From Ignavibacteriota bacterium (GTDB lineage: Bacteria > Bacteroidota > Ignavibacteria > UBA10030 > UBA6906): a stretch of DNA of 64,000 nt. Location: positions 11,166 to 75,165 of the forward strand of contig CAVVZZ010000006.1 in the NCBI GenBank assembly GCA_963752915.1, given 5' to 3'. The position numbers and the translations under genes are program-made. Shown here piece after piece: positions 19,905 through 29,425 of the stretch. The notes under the pieces were generated by a model that saw only the letters and a list, made by a program, of their open reading frames with translations, did not search any database and was not told where the DNA came from. Each line of letters begins with the position of its first letter. The stretch's first letter is position 1.

Positions 19905-22094
19905 CTACTTCATCAGCATCATTTTCATCGTCGAGGTGTGGCCCCCTGCTGTCAGCCGATAGAAGTACACCCCGCTTGCAAGCCCTGACCCATTGAACGT
20001 GAAGGAGTACTTCCCGGCGGGGTAGCGCCCGTTTGCCAACTCCGCCACTTTGCGTCCGAGAACGTCGTAGACGTTAAGGGTTACCCAACTGTCCCCTGTC
20101 CACTGTCCCCTGATTACTGTTGTTGGATTAAACGGATTCGGATAGTTCTGCTGCAACCCGAACGCCAGCGGGAGTACAGCCGGCTGGCTCGGAACGGAGG
20201 TCAGGACATTTGTCGGAACACCAAGGTAGTCAAACGACATCCATCCCCAGAACAAGCCGATCGTCACGGTGTCGACCCCATGCTGCAGAAAGACCGGGAG
20301 AGTGGTGGTGTACCACGTGGTCGTCGTCGTTCCGTCAAAGAGCACCGTGTCAACCGTCACCCCGTTCACTACGAGATACTGATATTTCGGATGATCATAG
20401 TTGAGCTTGAATCCGAACGTGATCGGATAGATCCCGGACGTATCAACGTTGGTGAAATGCCAGGTGACCGATCCGGTGGACGTGGCAACATCAAGGTACG
20501 ACCCGCCGCTGGCGTTGGCATCCGTTTTCACGGTAATGCCCGTTCCCGTATGCGTCGCCGACTCTGCCTCGAGATTGATCATCGGTGGAATTCCAACGAT
20601 GATATGCACCGGGCTGGAGGTCTGATAATGACCCAGACTATCCGTCGCGGTCGCCGTCAGGGCATAACTGCCGGCCGGGGGGTGTGCCCAGGTGACTGCA
20701 AAAGGAGCCGTGGTGGCCTGGCCGATCGGCGCATCGTTGGCAAAGAACTTTACCGAAACGATGCCGGACCCGCTGTCCGATACGGCCGCCACAATATGCA
20801 CGGACGCACTGTCGGCGTACACCGTGTCGTTCGGCGGGCTCGTGATGCTCACTGACGGCCAGTACTGGCCCACCCCGAGAACCTTCACATCTGCCTGGTG
20901 GTTATTCCACATATATTGCATGCCGTCAAGCATAGCCGCCTGCGTGCTGAATGCCTCGTCGGTCCACGACCAGGGGAGCGCTCCGGCATACCCTGCCTTG
21001 TAGAGGGTGTCGAACATCCCCCCGTGCGTAAGACCGTAGTGGCTGCTGTCCGTCATGGGGAACTCTCCGACGATGATGGGCTTGGTCAAGCCCCAGATCG
21101 AAGCTGGATGGCTGAACGGCGAATTGCTCGGGCCATTGTTCGCATAGTAAAAGTGGGCCTCGTAGAAATCAAGCGTCCCGAGCGAATCCCCACCGGCAGC
21201 AATCAGTCGAGAATCCAGATAGTAGTTGAAGTTTTGCAGGGAATTCACGTATGCAATGTGCCTGATGATCTCGTCCGTCGAAATGGACATCCGGTACTTT
21301 GCCTTCAGATTCTGCGCGAACGTCAGCATCTCGGTCGATGTCAGAGGGATCGTCGGCCGCGTCTTTGCCTTTACTGTCGCAACAGGCACATCGGTCAGCA
21401 TTTGGAACGACACGGTCCCGTTCGTTATCAGTGCGGTGGAATCTGCCCGGTGAATTGCACCCGCACAGAGATTGATAAATCGCTGGATCGTCGCCATGGG
21501 AACATGTCCAATCCCGCCCCATCCATACTCGGTGCTCATGCCCTCGGGTTCATTGAAGATTTCCCAGGCGACAATTGCAGGATGCCCCCTCAGCGAATCA
21601 ATCATGGGGATGAGTGAGTTATTAATGTACGCTCGCGTGTAATTGGTATCGGTCAACAAGAGCAGGTTGTGATTGTAGACCGACGGACTTAGGGTGTTGT
21701 CCAACATCCCAAATGACCACAGAGATAATACGACGCCGACTTCACGTTGCCATGCGATGTCGAGCGCATGGCGAAGATTCGATATCGCGTTGGTTCCCGG
21801 CCCGATGACAAGGCCTGTGTCGTTAAACGCCGGGGTCCCTGTCCCAGTGGTGTGCAACCACCAACGCACGACGTTCCCGCCATGATTGTGCATCTTGAGA
21901 AGAATATCACCGAACGTTGTGGTGTCCGTCATTCCTGGTCCAATGTCGTTAGCATACGACATCCATGCCAGGTTCGCACCGCTGAGAAAGAGCTGCTGTT
22001 TATTGTAGGGAACCCTCGCCGGCGGCTGAGCGAACACGCTCGAACATGTCAGAACGACGATGGCACACGTCAACAATTTTGAAAAACGGCGCAT
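19905..22094 (-). CDS. GH5-like glycoside hydrolase (probable beta-mannanase) with Ig-like and CBM-like modules and T9SS CTD
   Basis: FLSGANLAW, AWEIFNEPEG (acid/base), IVGEF (nucleophile); EAESA CBM start; NYPNPFNP CTD. Confidence 0.82.
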   Translation of the reverse strand: MRRFSKLLTCAIVVLTCSSVFAQPPARVPYNKQQLFLSGANLAWMSYANDIGPGMTDTTTFGDILLKMHNHGGNVVRWWLHTTGTGTPAFNDTGLVIGPGTNAISNLRHALDIAWQREVGVVLSLWSFGMLDNTLSPSVYNHNLLLLTDTNYTRAYINNSLIPMIDSLRGHPAIVAWEIFNEPEGMSTEYGWGGIGHVPMATIQRFINLCAGAIHRADSTALITNGTVSFQMLTDVPVATVKAKTRPTIPLTSTEMLTFAQNLKAKYRMSISTDEIIRHIAYVNSLQNFNYYLDSRLIAAGGDSLGTLDFYEAHFYYANNGPSNSPFSHPASIWGLTKPIIVGEFPMTDSSHYGLTHGGMFDTLYKAGYAGALPWSWTDEAFSTQAAMLDGMQYMWNNHQADVKVLGVGQYWPSVSITSPPNDTVYADSASVHIVAAVSDSGSGIVSVKFFANDAPIGQATTAPFAVTWAHPPAGSYALTATATDSLGHYQTSSPVHIIVGIPPMINLEAESATHTGTGITVKTDANASGGSYLDVATSTGSVTWHFTNVDTSGIYPITFGFKLNYDHPKYQYLVVNGVTVDTVLFDGTTTTTWYTTTLPVFLQHGVDTVTIGLFWGWMSFDYLGVPTNVLTSVPSQPAVLPLAFGLQQNYPNPFNPTTVIRGQWTGDSWVTLNVYDVLGRKVAELANGRYPAGKYSFTFNGSGLASGVYFYRLTAGGHTSTMKMMLMK

Positions 22095-22140
22095 ACTACC
22101 TCCTCTGGATATAGAACAACGATAACGAATCTCTCTGAGA

Positions 22141-24261
22141 TTATCTCAATTCGACCAATCGCGTCAGTGTAATGTCACTCGATGAAGAACCCGCAAGGAG
22201 GACGTATTTCCCCTTATCGGCAACCCAGGATTTCGCCTCCGGACTCCAGCGGGCAAACGCTCGCATTCCCAACCTGAACTCGACAGTCGTTTTCTCTCCT
22301 GGGTTCAACACGACTTTGCGGAACCCCTTCAGTTCTTTCACCGGACGCGGAACGGGACTCCCCTCTGACTGGACATATAACTGCGCTGTTTCTGCCCCGG
22401 GTCTGCCCCCGGTGTTTTTCACTTCGAACGCCACCGTTACCGAATCCGAGACGGCGAAGGTTTCACTCGACACCCGGAGGTTGCTGTATTCAAACGACGT
22501 GTACGACAATCCAAAACCGAACGGATACAACGGCGTGATCTTCTGTTTCTCAAACCAGCGATAGCCGACGAAGATTCCTTCCGTGAATCGGACGTCAAAC
22601 ACCGGATGCTCGCGTTCCCGCGCCCCCGGCCATCCGGAGAACAGCGCCTCTCCCGCAGGCAGGTAGTCGTGCGCCGGTGAATCCGTGAATTCCTTCTCGA
22701 TCGTCATCGGAAGCTTCCCCGACGGGTTTGCTATTCCCGAAACGATCTCTGCCAGGGCAATGTTCCCGTTCTGTCCCCCATACCAGGCGTAGAGGATTGC
22801 GGCGGCTTTGGCGTCCCATCCCGTCATCCGGATCCCGCTGCCGGATGTCACCACGACAATCGTGTGCGGATTATTCTGGACGCAAGCCTGGACGCGCGCC
22901 TCCTGATCATCGGGAAGGGCAAACGGCCTGTCCCAGCCCTCGCTGTCGTGTGTCCCGACATTGCAGATCACCGCATCGGCTCCCCTGATCTGTTCGACCG
23001 TCGGATTTCGCACAAACGTCAGCGCCTTGCCATAGACCTTTTTGAATTCGTCGAGCATGAGATGAATGTCGTACCCTTTGACAGCGGCAGAGCCGCCTCC
23101 CGCCGCCAGGGTGTCAACGAATGAACCGGTGAGGAGGATACTCTTCACGTCGGTGGAAAGAGGAAGGATCCCCCCTCCATTCTTCAGCAGGACGATCCCT
23201 TCCCTTGCCGTCTGCAGTGCGACCTGTTCATGCTCGCCAAGCCGATCATTCAGCGAAGGGTCCTTTTTCCGTTCGTCAAACCGCATGACATAATACGTTC
23301 TCAGAATCGACCTGACCATCCGCTCAATCTCGGCACCTTGGACCTTCCCTTCGTCGAGAAGCGTACGGACATTGTTCAGAGCAGATGCACGCGGCATCTC
23401 AAGGTCCTGGCCGGAGGTGATCACCTTTTCCCCGTCGTACACTGACTCCCAGTCGGTCATGACCAACCATTGGAACCCAAGCTCGCCGCGCAGGATATCG
23501 TTGATCACGGTTGCGCTCTGGCCGCACCATTCGCCGTTCAGGAGATTATACGACGTCATCACCGCCTTTGCGCCGGCATTTACCCCTGCTTCGAATGCCG
23601 GGAGATAGATTTCGTGGAGCGCGCGGTCATCGACGATGGAATTGCTCCGGCGTCTGTAGAATTCCGTATTGTTGGCCACAAAATGCTTCAACGTTGCGAC
23701 CGTCCCGGTGCTCTGGACACCCCGGACGTATTCCTCAACGATCCGGGCGCGAAGGAAAGGATCTTCACCGAAATATTCGAAATTCCGGCCGCACTGAGAG
23801 ACACGGTACGCGTTCATTCCCGGTCCGAGGAGAATGCCGATCCCACCTGCCCTGCATTCCTCCCCGATCGCCTCTGCGTAACGATACGCGAGGGCGGGAT
23901 TCCATGTGGCGGCGAGGCAGAGAGGGCATGGAAACGCGGTCGATCGCTCAAGCCGATAAGGGGCGAGATTCGCGTCGCGGAAGTTGTCACGAATGTGGAC
24001 GCCCCCGGTCGCATCGGTCATGTACACTTCCTGAAGCCCCAGCCGGGCAATCGGTCGTAAAAAGAAACCCCGGTCACCCCCGATCAGGGCGATCTTTTCA
24101 TCAAGGGTCATTTGCTTCAGGACGGAATCTGCGATCGCGTCCGCCTGCGCAGCAGGCCGAGGTCGGAACGTCTCACTGTTCGGCATGATGGATTGTCCCA
24201 TGGTTGTTCCAACGGTAGTTGTTAGCATGAGCGAAAAGACCGCCAACCATCGTTTTTCCAT
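22141..24261 (-). CDS. GH3 beta-glucosidase-like enzyme
   Basis: GRNFEYFGEDP, KHFVAN, VMTDW, Fn3-like C-terminus (KELKGF). Confidence 0.95.
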   Translation of the reverse strand: MEKRWLAVFSLMLTTTVGTTMGQSIMPNSETFRPRPAAQADAIADSVLKQMTLDEKIALIGGDRGFFLRPIARLGLQEVYMTDATGGVHIRDNFRDANLAPYRLERSTAFPCPLCLAATWNPALAYRYAEAIGEECRAGGIGILLGPGMNAYRVSQCGRNFEYFGEDPFLRARIVEEYVRGVQSTGTVATLKHFVANNTEFYRRRSNSIVDDRALHEIYLPAFEAGVNAGAKAVMTSYNLLNGEWCGQSATVINDILRGELGFQWLVMTDWESVYDGEKVITSGQDLEMPRASALNNVRTLLDEGKVQGAEIERMVRSILRTYYVMRFDERKKDPSLNDRLGEHEQVALQTAREGIVLLKNGGGILPLSTDVKSILLTGSFVDTLAAGGGSAAVKGYDIHLMLDEFKKVYGKALTFVRNPTVEQIRGADAVICNVGTHDSEGWDRPFALPDDQEARVQACVQNNPHTIVVVTSGSGIRMTGWDAKAAAILYAWYGGQNGNIALAEIVSGIANPSGKLPMTIEKEFTDSPAHDYLPAGEALFSGWPGAREREHPVFDVRFTEGIFVGYRWFEKQKITPLYPFGFGLSYTSFEYSNLRVSSETFAVSDSVTVAFEVKNTGGRPGAETAQLYVQSEGSPVPRPVKELKGFRKVVLNPGEKTTVEFRLGMRAFARWSPEAKSWVADKGKYVLLAGSSSSDITLTRLVELR

Positions 24262-24306
24262 CCACAACCTCTTGAGCCTTGTTGGGACCGCAGTTTGACA
24301 TCCGTG

Positions 24307-25407
24307 TTATTCACTGCCGGCAAACAATTCAAACGATTCCATCTGCGAGATCAGTTGATCGGCCATCTTCCGGTGTGTCTCCACGGTAGGATGACCGTTC
24401 GCCACATACCCGCCGGGGAACTCGTCAAACGTCGCGTAGAAGATATCCTCGTTTCCTGCGTCCCGTTCTTCCTCAACGACCTGTTTGACATTCTCGCGGA
24501 TCCACTCCGCGTATGCAGCGACCGCGACAATCTTCACCTGCGGATAGACAGACCGTACCGTGGCAACGAACTCGTGATAGGTTTTCCTGAAGAGCCCCGA
24601 ATTCGCCTCGGAGATATTCCCCAGGGAATCCTTCAACCCCGAGCGGTCGTTGAGCCCCAGGCAGATGACGACCACGTTCGGCACCCATCGCGGAAAATCC
24701 CACCTGGGTTCGCTCGAGTCCATGAGAGTCCGGTCGAACCGGATGGGAATTGATCCCTCCCTCTTCCCCTGCCAGTCGCAGACCATCCCACTGCCCGATC
24801 TGCACGTTGTCGTGTATTGCGCGTTGAAGTGCTGCGCGATCAACACGGCGAAGCCCTTGTCGATGTTGGTGACGGGGAAGCGCTCCTCCCATGGCAATTG
24901 AGGCGCCGTGGCCTCGTTGCTTTCGGCAGCGGTGAACGAATCGCCGACGAATTCGATCTTCCGCTCGGGCTTCGTCGAAGGGGGCAAGAGCGCGGCACCA
25001 TTGTCCAGAATGAACCCCCCGAACGAGTAGATCTCGTCAAGGGTAATGTTCCGCCTGCTGAACTTCAATGTGTGGCGCGAGTTCTCCAGGCCGCTCGCAA
25101 GCGCATAGTCGGCCTCGCCCGCTTTGGATCCGTGGAAGACATCCCGGAAATGACCGTCGATATAGACATTGTAGTAGTTGGTGTGATCGTTCAGTTTCAC
25201 ACCGATGCTTGTCCCACTGAATTCCGCCTGGATATAGACGCCGGGCCACGAAAACCGCGGGTGGAGCGGATCGGTCATATCCCATCGTCCAAAGTACTGA
25301 ATGTACGGATTATTGGCGGGGATGAGGCTTGCTGTGTATGTCATCCGATGGAGTCCAAGCATGAGAGTGAGCGACATCAATGATCGTAACAAGAATTGGC
25401 CGGTCAA
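24307..25407 (-). CDS. SGNH/GDSL carbohydrate esterase (CE2-like)
   Basis: YFGRW N-domain, IEFVGDSF, LGLND, GHP; TTG start after GAGGAGG. Confidence 0.85.
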   Translation of the reverse strand: MTGQFLLRSLMSLTLMLGLHRMTYTASLIPANNPYIQYFGRWDMTDPLHPRFSWPGVYIQAEFSGTSIGVKLNDHTNYYNVYIDGHFRDVFHGSKAGEADYALASGLENSRHTLKFSRRNITLDEIYSFGGFILDNGAALLPPSTKPERKIEFVGDSFTAAESNEATAPQLPWEERFPVTNIDKGFAVLIAQHFNAQYTTTCRSGSGMVCDWQGKREGSIPIRFDRTLMDSSEPRWDFPRWVPNVVVICLGLNDRSGLKDSLGNISEANSGLFRKTYHEFVATVRSVYPQVKIVAVAAYAEWIRENVKQVVEEERDAGNEDIFYATFDEFPGGYVANGHPTVETHRKMADQLISQMESFELFAGSE

Positions 25408-25717
25408 TGCAGTTCCTCCTCTGGGACAGGGTGCGGTGAATCATCAACAAGAAGGGAAACAGTAAGTATATGCATAGAAAGTGCCAGTTTCCAAGCCATT
25501 GAATCGCGTACTCTGATCGTCAATGAGGCAGCCGGAAATCGTGGAAAAGTCATCTGATTATCAATGTGATAAAAATGCTCTGAGAAGATAAAGGAGGTCA
25601 AAGACAAAATTGAAGATTGAATATTGAAGGGACCGATTGAAAATGTAAACGGTAACGTCTACTTTGGAGCCACCCATTGGCTCGTAAGCCTCAGCCCCAT
25701 CCTTCGGAGGGCCCACC

Positions 25718-26242
25718 ATGTTCTGGTTTAATATTCTCAAGAGTTTCATCAGTATCTTTCGAGAGGGACAAACCCCGGCCCAGGTTGCAGGGGGATTTGC
25801 GCTCGGAACGCTTATCGGATTTTCCCCGATGCTCACATTCCAGGGCGTCATCGTCTGGCTCATTATCCTGGTCCTCGACGTCAACATCGCCGCAGCGCTC
25901 CTCGCCCTAACGCTCTGCAAGCTTGTCGCGTATCTCATCGATCCCCTGTTTCATTCGCTGGGCTATCTCGTCCTGGTTCGCGTGGAATTCCTCCAGGGGA
26001 TTTGGACGACGATGTACAACGCCCCTATCGCTCCGTTGACACGGTTCAATAACACCGTCGTCATGGGGAGCTTCCTCTTCGCCCTGATCACCTTTGTCCC
26101 CGTGTATTTCGGAATGAAACGGACCATCGTGGCATACCGCACACACATCCATTCGCGCTTCGAGAAATGGAAGATCTACCAGATCCTCGATAAGAGCAAG
26201 CTTGTGAACTACTACCGCCGCATCCGCGATTGGAGGGGATAA
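25718..26242 (+). CDS. TIGR03546-family membrane protein
   Basis: TPAQVAGGFALG, DPLFHSLGY, TRFNNTVVMGS; paired with TIGR03545-like gene. Confidence 0.85.
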   Translation: MFWFNILKSFISIFREGQTPAQVAGGFALGTLIGFSPMLTFQGVIVWLIILVLDVNIAAALLALTLCKLVAYLIDPLFHSLGYLVLVRVEFLQGIWTTMYNAPIAPLTRFNNTVVMGSFLFALITFVPVYFGMKRTIVAYRTHIHSRFEKWKIYQILDKSKLVNYYRRIRDWRG

Positions 26243-26246
26243 TTCC

Positions 26247-28103
26247 ATGCGGAAGAAATTCGTCTATTTCGTCCTGATCCCCGTTGTGATCTGCGCCCTC
26301 GTTGTCTATCTGTTCATTGACCGTTGGGTCGAATCCGGCCTCGAACTCGCCGGTGAGTCGATAACAGGAGCCAAAGTCGAGATCGACCACCTTTCTGTTA
26401 CACTTTCACCGGTCGGCATCCGTTGGGACCGCCTGCAGGTTGCCGACGCGAACGATGCGTGGCGCAATGTGTTTGAGACAGGCAAAGTGCAATTCGCGCT
26501 CAACGTGGGCCAGCTTCTTCGCGGAAAGTACATCATTGAAACCATGGAAGTGAACAATCTGATTCTCGGAACCCACAGGTCGACCGACGGTTCGCTTCCG
26601 GCGGCGAAACACCCCGCGGAAGGAACGGGGACGGGCGGGCCGTCATTCGTCGACATCGCGCGCAATGCCATCGGCAAGAACATTGAAGAAAGCGCACCGG
26701 TCAATCTCGCAATGTTCAAGGGAGGCCTGAACGCAGACAGTCTCGTCAAGGCCCTCGATATCCAGACGGTGAAGCGCATCGACTCGCTCCGGGCTCAGAC
26801 CCTGGCCGCGTCCAAGCAGTGGGACGCTGCCTCCGCCGATTTCGAAGCCAGCAAGAAGAAGCTTGCTGATGTCGAGACTGCCATCAAGGCCATCAACCCT
26901 TCGCAACTCAAAGGCGTCGACAACATCACGGCGGCGATCGCGACCGTTGATAATTCCGTGAAGACCGTCAAGGATGTCACCGATACGTTCAACAATCGCA
27001 AAGCTTCCGTCGAGGCCGACATCACCAGACTCTCCGGGTCTGTCGCAACGCTTGACGATGTCGCAAAACAGGACCTCCGACATCTCCAGAGCATGGCCCA
27101 CCTTCCGGATATGAACACCATGGGCATTGCGCGTCTGTTGATCGGAAAGGAAATGTTCGACAAGGCGCTGACCTATCTTCATTGGATCGACGTCGCACGG
27201 GCGAACATTCCGAAGCACGGCGCACAAGCCAAGGAACCCGACCCACCGCGAATGAAGGGCCAGGACATCCGGTTCCCCGGGGGTCGCGCATATCCGAAGT
27301 TCTGGATACAGAAGATCCTGCTCTCGGGCGGAACGGACAGCGTCGGGACGACAGATTTCATCCGCGCCAGGGGACAGGCAAAAAACATCACGGACGATCA
27401 GTCCGTGACCGGCGTTCCGCTGACGATTGACCTCGAAGGCTCGCAGGCCGGCGCGCGGGCAATGACTCTTCATGCCCTCTTCGACCGAACGAAGGAGGTC
27501 CCCTTTGATGAGTATACCGCATCGCTCTCCGGAGTGCCGATCGCGGAATTCCCGATCGGCAGTGCAGGCTTCCTTCCGGCGAAGGTGACGAACGCGAGGA
27601 TGACCTCCACCGTCGCTGTCTCCGTTCCGGGAAATGTGTTCGATATGAACGTCACGATCGTGCTGACCGGGATGCACATTCAGTTCGATGTGGAACCGCG
27701 AAACAAGATCGAATCGATCGTCCGCGACATCCTGAGCACCATTTCCGGGTTCACCGTGAAACTCCGCCTCTGGAATACCTCCGGCAACGTCGACATGGCC
27801 CTGGCTACCGATCTCGACGATCAAATCGCGGAGAAAGTCAAGGGAGTCCTCGGTGCGGAATTTACGAAGGTGCAAAACGATCTAAAGTCAAAGCTTGACG
27901 CCGTTATCGCGGCGAAGCGAAAGGAGTTCGACGCCTTCTACGGCGCGAAGAAAGATGCGATTGAGCAGCAACTCACGGGTGTCAAGGGATTGCTCGACAA
28001 ACAAACGTCGGCTCTTGACGCAAAGAAGAAGGAGCTTGCGGACCGCCTCGGCAAGGAAAAGAAAGGCGTGCTTGACAAAGCCCTGAAAGGAATCTTGAAG
28101 TAG
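26247..28103 (+). CDS. TIGR03545-family protein (AsmA-like N-terminus, coiled coils)
   Basis: N-terminal anchor, GAKVEI, RMKGQDIRF..YPKFWI, ATDLDDQ. Confidence 0.82.
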   Translation: MRKKFVYFVLIPVVICALVVYLFIDRWVESGLELAGESITGAKVEIDHLSVTLSPVGIRWDRLQVADANDAWRNVFETGKVQFALNVGQLLRGKYIIETMEVNNLILGTHRSTDGSLPAAKHPAEGTGTGGPSFVDIARNAIGKNIEESAPVNLAMFKGGLNADSLVKALDIQTVKRIDSLRAQTLAASKQWDAASADFEASKKKLADVETAIKAINPSQLKGVDNITAAIATVDNSVKTVKDVTDTFNNRKASVEADITRLSGSVATLDDVAKQDLRHLQSMAHLPDMNTMGIARLLIGKEMFDKALTYLHWIDVARANIPKHGAQAKEPDPPRMKGQDIRFPGGRAYPKFWIQKILLSGGTDSVGTTDFIRARGQAKNITDDQSVTGVPLTIDLEGSQAGARAMTLHALFDRTKEVPFDEYTASLSGVPIAEFPIGSAGFLPAKVTNARMTSTVAVSVPGNVFDMNVTIVLTGMHIQFDVEPRNKIESIVRDILSTISGFTVKLRLWNTSGNVDMALATDLDDQIAEKVKGVLGAEFTKVQNDLKSKLDAVIAAKRKEFDAFYGAKKDAIEQQLTGVKGLLDKQTSALDAKKKELADRLGKEKKGVLDKALKGILK

Positions 28104-28138
28104 AGGGACCGGACAAAGACGCTGCCGCGACAGAGCCG

Positions 28139-29236
28139 TTACAGGTCTGATGTTTTGTATCCAACAGCCCAGTAGTCTGATACATACCCGGTAAGCGAAG
28201 GGTCGTACCAGATATTTCCTTCCATGATGCACGGCCCGCGTGTACTGAGGGCGATGTCCCAACCGACCGTACGGACGGGCCGAAAGAATTTGGCCGCCCT
28301 CAGAGCCAGCGCCGTAATATCGCTCCAGCATGGAATCAGGAAATTTTCGAGATTGACCCCGGAATCCGGATGGTGAGTGACGGAACGGTACCCGCCCATC
28401 CGGGCGTCCATGACGAGGGCAGTCTTGAATGAACCGTTTTCACGATCGATGTCCGCAATCAAGTTCCCGTGAAGTCCGTGGTCGAGATTGGAGATCACGT
28501 TGTCACCGACGATGAGTTTCATGTCCGCGGCGACGACCTCGGCGCATCCCTGCGAACTGACGTACGTTACGACCCGAAACGAATGGACCCCCTCTCCACA
28601 TCCAAGGTGCGCGAGGGAAGAATGGTTGTGCAGCTTCTCCTGAATGACAAACAACGAGTAACGAGCGTCGCCCCTCAGTCGCCCGACAAACCCACGCGCA
28701 TCCCATGATTCCCCGCCGTGATTGAAGAACCGGCCATCGCGTCGGCTGACGATCATGATCCCCGATCCGTAGGCCGCCTGTGAAGGCTTCACCAGAAATT
28801 CCGACGGGCATTCCTTCAGGAAGAACTCCTCCCACTCGTCGCTCTTCTGCGGGCTCTTTCCGCTTGCAGTCCACCCTGCCACATCAACGAAGAACAGCGC
28901 ATACAGTTCCGGTACGGGGATCCCTGCCGAGAGACACATCCGATAGAAGATCCCTTTGTCCGAGAGGACGGGTTCCCACGCTTGCGGATTGAGCCGGCGT
29001 TGGATCGAAACCATCTCGCTGCGGCTGACGAACGTCTTCGTCGTTTCAAGGGGAGTAGAAGGATTGAGGAGACCGACTTCAAATGCCTCCTCGGGGAGAT
29101 AGCGCTGCCGGAGGGCCAGCATGAAGCGCCTGCCGATTTCCAGGAAACGCCAGTCGTAGCGTGCAAGCGCGCGAAGAAAGACCCGGGGCGCACTCACAAC
29201 AATGTCGAACCTTCGGTGGAGCCGTTGTGTGTCCAT
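28139..29236 (-). CDS. Sugar-transfer-associated ATP-grasp protein
   Basis: DKGIFY, LVKP...GSGI, IQE.L.NH, HPDSG, VGWDIA, MEGN. Confidence 0.82.
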   Translation of the reverse strand: MDTQRLHRRFDIVVSAPRVFLRALARYDWRFLEIGRRFMLALRQRYLPEEAFEVGLLNPSTPLETTKTFVSRSEMVSIQRRLNPQAWEPVLSDKGIFYRMCLSAGIPVPELYALFFVDVAGWTASGKSPQKSDEWEEFFLKECPSEFLVKPSQAAYGSGIMIVSRRDGRFFNHGGESWDARGFVGRLRGDARYSLFVIQEKLHNHSSLAHLGCGEGVHSFRVVTYVSSQGCAEVVAADMKLIVGDNVISNLDHGLHGNLIADIDRENGSFKTALVMDARMGGYRSVTHHPDSGVNLENFLIPCWSDITALALRAAKFFRPVRTVGWDIALSTRGPCIMEGNIWYDPSLTGYVSDYWAVGYKTSDL

Positions 29237-29425
29237 GAACGGAATATACGACTGAAGATTCACATTCGGAAATCGCTGCCCCCGGTGACGCCCGAGCTTC
29301 CAACACCCGGACGCCTGCTGCAAGTCTGCCGGATCCCTAATGCCGTACGAGTTTGCCGTTTGCCCTGACGGCGATCGTACTTCGTCCTTCCCGATCCCCG
29401 TCGGGTGCCGGACTGTGATCCGCCG

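Noticed and set aside
29323-29400. Possible c-di-GMP-I riboswitch (GGGCAAAC on minus strand)
   Set aside because: The downstream GAAA tetraloop and GACGCAAAG elements are absent
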